Program-made: the position numbers and the translations under genes
Notes under the pieces: generated by a model
Told to the model about the DNA's origin: nothing
The model's input: only the letters and a program-made list of their open reading frames with translations
The model's database searches: none
Assembly (NCBI GenBank): GCA_003644895.1
Contig: QNDO01000001.1
Coordinates: 1 to 37,138, forward strand
Direction of reading: 5' to 3'
From: Candidatus Hydrothermota bacterium
Lineage (GTDB): Bacteria; Hydrothermota; Hydrothermia; UBA1063
Length of the DNA: 37,138 nt
Part shown: positions 34,313 through 37,138 of the stretch, in pieces
How the letters are laid out: every line of letters begins with the position of its first letter
Position numbering within the stretch: the stretch's first letter is position 1

Positions 34313-35371
34313 CTATTCAAAAACTCCGGGAATCTTTTCACCGCAATAGGGACAATGTCCATTTTTTATCATATTTTTAATTGTAAAAAATCCCTTTCTT
34401 TCTATTAAAAGGTGCCCACATCTGGGGCAATATGTATTATTTTGCCTGGCATCAGGAACATTTCCTATATAAACATATTTAAGTCCATGTTTTTTTGCTA
34501 TATTGTATGCCTTCCTGAGTGTTGCCACTGGGGTGGGTGGAAGGCGCGTTAATTTAAAACGGGGGAAAAATCTTAAGAAATGTACTGGAATATCTTTTCC
34601 GAGGCTATCACTGACAAATCTAACAAAATTAGTTAATTCTTCATCGCTATCGTTGTAGCCGGGTATGACCAGATAGGTTATTTCAAACCATACCTCACTG
34701 TCCCTTGCTATCTTCAGGTTTTGCTTGATAGCTTTGAAATCTGCATAGCCTATTTTCCTGTATACCTCGTCGGAAAAGCCTTTTAAGTCTATCACAACTG
34801 CATCCAAATATTTGAGTAGTTCCTTGAATGGTTCAGGGTTAATGTAGCCACAAGTTACCATCAGATTTTTTATGTTATATTTATGGGCCAATCTAGCGCA
34901 ATCTATCATGTATTCATAAAAGATTGTGGGTTCAGAGTAAGTGTAGGCGATGGCAGCGCAGCCATTTATTCTTGCAATATCCACAATCCTTTCAGGTGTC
35001 ATGTATTCTGTTCGAATCTCATCCGGAGCATACTGGGAAATAGTCCAGTTCTGGCAAAAAGTACACCTGAGATTGCAGCCTGGTGTGGCTATGGAGAGTG
35101 CAACATTACCGGGTAAAAAGTGGTAAAATGGTTTCTTTTCGATGGGATCTATGTGGATTGCTGCGATTTTTCCGTAACTTAAACTGTAGAGTTTTCCATT
35201 CTCATTCTTTCTGGATCTGCAATAGCCTCTTTTACCTTCAGGTATTATACATTGACGGGGACACAGAAGACATTGAACTTTTTTGTTTTTCAATTTTTTA
35301 TAAAAAAGTGCTTCTTTAGGTACAGGGGGGGCAAAGAATACAATTAAAAGTAAGAGATTCAGGAGTTTCAT
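34313..35371 (-). CDS. amrS: AmmeMemoRadiSam system radical SAM enzyme
   Basis: It has an N-terminal Cys cluster (CLLCPRQC...GYC), the radical SAM motif CNLRCTFCQNW, and a C-terminal zinc ribbon (CPRCG...CPYCG). It also carries an 18-residue hydrophobic N-terminal extension. Confidence 0.85.
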   Translation of the reverse strand: MKLLNLLLLIVFFAPPVPKEALFYKKLKNKKVQCLLCPRQCIIPEGKRGYCRSRKNENGKLYSLSYGKIAAIHIDPIEKKPFYHFLPGNVALSIATPGCNLRCTFCQNWTISQYAPDEIRTEYMTPERIVDIARINGCAAIAYTYSEPTIFYEYMIDCARLAHKYNIKNLMVTCGYINPEPFKELLKYLDAVVIDLKGFSDEVYRKIGYADFKAIKQNLKIARDSEVWFEITYLVIPGYNDSDEELTNFVRFVSDSLGKDIPVHFLRFFPRFKLTRLPPTPVATLRKAYNIAKKHGLKYVYIGNVPDARQNNTYCPRCGHLLIERKGFFTIKNMIKNGHCPYCGEKIPGVFE

Positions 35372-35462
35372 ACTTTATAAATATATTGGGCAGAGTGATT
35401 TTTTTCAACAAGAAGAACTTTGACAGAACGTGAAAACCGTTTTAAATTGTTAAAGGGGAATA

Positions 35463-36371
35463 ATGGCTCACACTCATGGGAAAAAGATAAAAGAGAAAAG
35501 AGTAAAGTTTGTAATTCTCTTAAATTTTATCATAACCGTTGCAGAGGTTTTTGGTGGTCTTTTATCAGGTAGTCTGGCGCTAATCTCCGACGCTCTCCAT
35601 AATTTCAGCGATACCATAGCTATTTTTATCAGTTATATTGCTTATCTCCTTGGTAAGAAAGAAGTTACTTATAAAAAAACCTATGGATATAAAAGGGCTG
35701 AAATACTTGCGGCACTCTTTAATTCTACAGTTCTTATAGTGATTTCCTTTTTCCTTTTTAAGGAAGCCGTCGTGAGATTAAAATCCCCCACTTATATTAA
35801 AGGCTGGCTTATGCTCAGTGTGGCTATAATAGGGCTTGTGGCCAACCTACTTTCAGTTTTACTGCTTAGAGAAGATTCTAAAAAGAGTCTAAACCTCAAG
35901 TCTGCTTATATGCATCTCTTCATGGATACATTATCCTCCGTTGCAGTGGTTCTGGGTGGTATTGCGATAGTAACTTTAAAAGTATATTGGATAGACCCCT
36001 TACTCACTTTTATAATCGCACTTTATGTTTTAAAAGAGAGTTTTTCAATCCTGCGGGAGTCTATGGATATACTAATGGAAGCCACTCCCCCTGGTATTGA
36101 TATGCTGGATATTAAGAAAGAAGTGGAAAAAATTCCTGAGGTTAAAAATCTCCATCATGTCCATTTATGGCAGATTGGTGATAATGATATTCATTTTGAG
36201 GCTCATATTGAACTGGATCCGGGGTTGAAACTGGAAGAAGTAGATAAAATCAGGATAGCCATTGATAAACTTCTTAAAGAAATGTTTGGTATCCATCACG
36301 TCACATTGCAGATGGAAAGTGATAGTTGCCAGAGTAAAAGTATTCTGGGGAATGGGGAGCAATGTCCATAG
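35463..36371 (+). CDS. Cation diffusion facilitator family divalent-metal efflux protein (CzcD/ZitB-like)
   Basis: Six TM segments with H-x3-D pairs in TM2 and TM5 (ALHNFSD, MHLFMD), plus a C-terminal cytoplasmic domain with HHVHLW and HHVTLQ. Confidence 0.88.
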   Translation: MAHTHGKKIKEKRVKFVILLNFIITVAEVFGGLLSGSLALISDALHNFSDTIAIFISYIAYLLGKKEVTYKKTYGYKRAEILAALFNSTVLIVISFFLFKEAVVRLKSPTYIKGWLMLSVAIIGLVANLLSVLLLREDSKKSLNLKSAYMHLFMDTLSSVAVVLGGIAIVTLKVYWIDPLLTFIIALYVLKESFSILRESMDILMEATPPGIDMLDIKKEVEKIPEVKNLHHVHLWQIGDNDIHFEAHIELDPGLKLEEVDKIRIAIDKLLKEMFGIHHVTLQMESDSCQSKSILGNGEQCP

Positions 36372-36583
36372 TTTGACTGCCGAACCCTTAGCATTTAATA
36401 TAATACGCACATTATGGAGGGATTTCTGAAAAATTTAAGATGCCCACTTTTACAGTCAGGTGTAAAAGTTAAATCTATTTATATATCATTCAATGAATCA
36501 GTGGTGATTCCGAAAGATGCATCAGATAAGTTCTTATGAATAATTTCCAATGAATACACGTAATTGTTCATAGGAGGTGTAAA

Positions 36584-37138
36584 ATGCAAATTTTTAAGAT
36601 GTTGTTTATCTTGTATACAATTGGAAGTGTTTCCTCACAAGCACAAGAAAAAGCCCAATCTCTTAAGCTGGATCTGGAGATTAAAGCAGTAGAATTTGTA
36701 AACCTATTGAGTAATGAAAAATTCGCTGAAGCAGTAAAATATTTTGACAGAACTATGAAGAAGGCTCTTTCAGCGGATAAATTGGAGGATGCATGGAATT
36801 CCCTGACCAGGCAACTCGGGGATTTCAGGACCCAGAAGGCATTGAAAAGTGAAGAGGTTAAAGAATACATAGTTTATTATGTCACCTGTGAGTTTGAGAA
36901 GGCCTCCATTGATATAAAGGTAGTCTTTAACAAAAAGGGAGAGATAGCTGGGCTATTTTTCCTCCCTGCTCAGGGGGTAAAATACACAATACCTGATTAC
37001 GTGAATAAAGATAAATTTGTGGAATATGAGGTTTCCTTCGGAGCGGAAGAATGGAAGCTCCCGGGCACTTTGACTCTCCCCAAAGGCGAAGGCCCATTCC
37101 CGCTGGTGGTATTGATCCATGGTTCAGGACCTAATGAC
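36584..37138 (+). CDS. Secreted alpha/beta-hydrolase-family protein with an N-terminal DUF3887-like domain; 3' end beyond the window
   Basis: My own translation from the ATG at 36584 (TAGGAGGTG SD) gives MQIFKMLFILYTIGSVSSQAQE...GTLTLPKGEGPFPLVVLIHGSGPND. It is open to the last base. The ...P.VVLIHGSGP.D block is typical of the hydrolase nucleophile-elbow-upstream region. Confidence 0.7.
   Translation, partial: MQIFKMLFILYTIGSVSSQAQEKAQSLKLDLEIKAVEFVNLLSNEKFAEAVKYFDRTMKKALSADKLEDAWNSLTRQLGDFRTQKALKSEEVKEYIVYYVTCEFEKASIDIKVVFNKKGEIAGLFFLPAQGVKYTIPDYVNKDKFVEYEVSFGAEEWKLPGTLTLPKGEGPFPLVVLIHGSGPND

Noticed and set aside
36414-36539. This is a 41-aa ORF (MEGFLKNLRCPLLQSGVKVKSIYISFNESVVIPKDASDKFL) in the CDF-hydrolase spacer, 9 nt after a TATAAT. 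Nearby is the small palindrome ATTCAATGAAT.
   Set aside because: It has no SD. The TTGACT upstream is 20 nt from the -10 element, which is poor spacing. It shows no hydrophobic or motif character. It cannot be supported without conservation data.
36568-36870. This is a 100-aa minus-strand ORF near the right end.
   Set aside because: It is antisense to the better-supported plus-strand gene starting at 36584, which has a strong SD, a signal peptide and a hydrolase block and is open to the window end.
1-37138. I scanned for CRISPR arrays, long direct repeats, transposase or integrase genes, toxin-antitoxin pairs and defence genes.
   Set aside because: None were recognised by eye. Every ORF longer than about 110 aa is accounted for by the annotated genes or their antisense shadows. 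A computational repeat search could still find short dispersed repeats that I missed.

Overview
This 37.1-kb window is an AT-rich, almost fully coding bacterial segment. Its proteins are Lys/Glu/Ile-rich (thermophile-like), and the gene content implies a diderm envelope. The lineage cannot be assigned from the sequence alone. By eye I found no rRNA, tRNA, CRISPR array, transposase or phage genes. All family calls below come from motif recognition in the supplied or my own translations; no searches were run.

Layout:
(i) 1-6718, minus strand. Ten genes of an Mrp-antiporter/complex-I-like respiratory module sit in the exact Mbx/MBS-type order: MrpE, MrpF, MrpG, DUF4040-like, MrpB, MrpC, two MrpD-like, NuoH-like, NuoB-like. 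The catalytic subunits lie beyond the left edge. The operon is driven by a near-consensus promoter overlapped by a 22-bp palindrome. A small cupin gene is transcribed divergently.
(ii) 7190-17759, minus strand. Two back-to-back TetR-controlled envelope-export cassettes each end in a LolA-like periplasmic protein plus a beta-barrel with a C-terminal Phe. They use different motors: an MMPL/RND exporter in one and a LolCDE/MacB-like ABC system in the other. Both TetR genes carry near-identical palindromic boxes on consensus promoters. This is my best candidate for an undescribed system.
(iii) 17891-31713, plus strand. Housekeeping genes: rplT-pheS-pheT, a 58-aa coiled-coil ORF, zapA, rarA, rny plus a YmdB-like phosphoesterase, queG, an orphan ThiF/MoeB-like E1, and cmk-plsC-ispH-rpsA. 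Between the E1 gene and cmk sits a promoter-driven 46-aa membrane-peptide locus enclosed by a perfect 13-bp GC-rich long-range inverted repeat.
(iv) 31725-37138. An MtaB-like methylthiotransferase has an intact N-terminal domain but no ATG/GTG/TTG start. It converges on an AmmeMemoRadiSam system (a radical SAM gene plus a fused Memo-AMMECR1 gene, both with hydrophobic N-termini). A CDF metal exporter and the 5' part of a secreted alpha/beta hydrolase follow.
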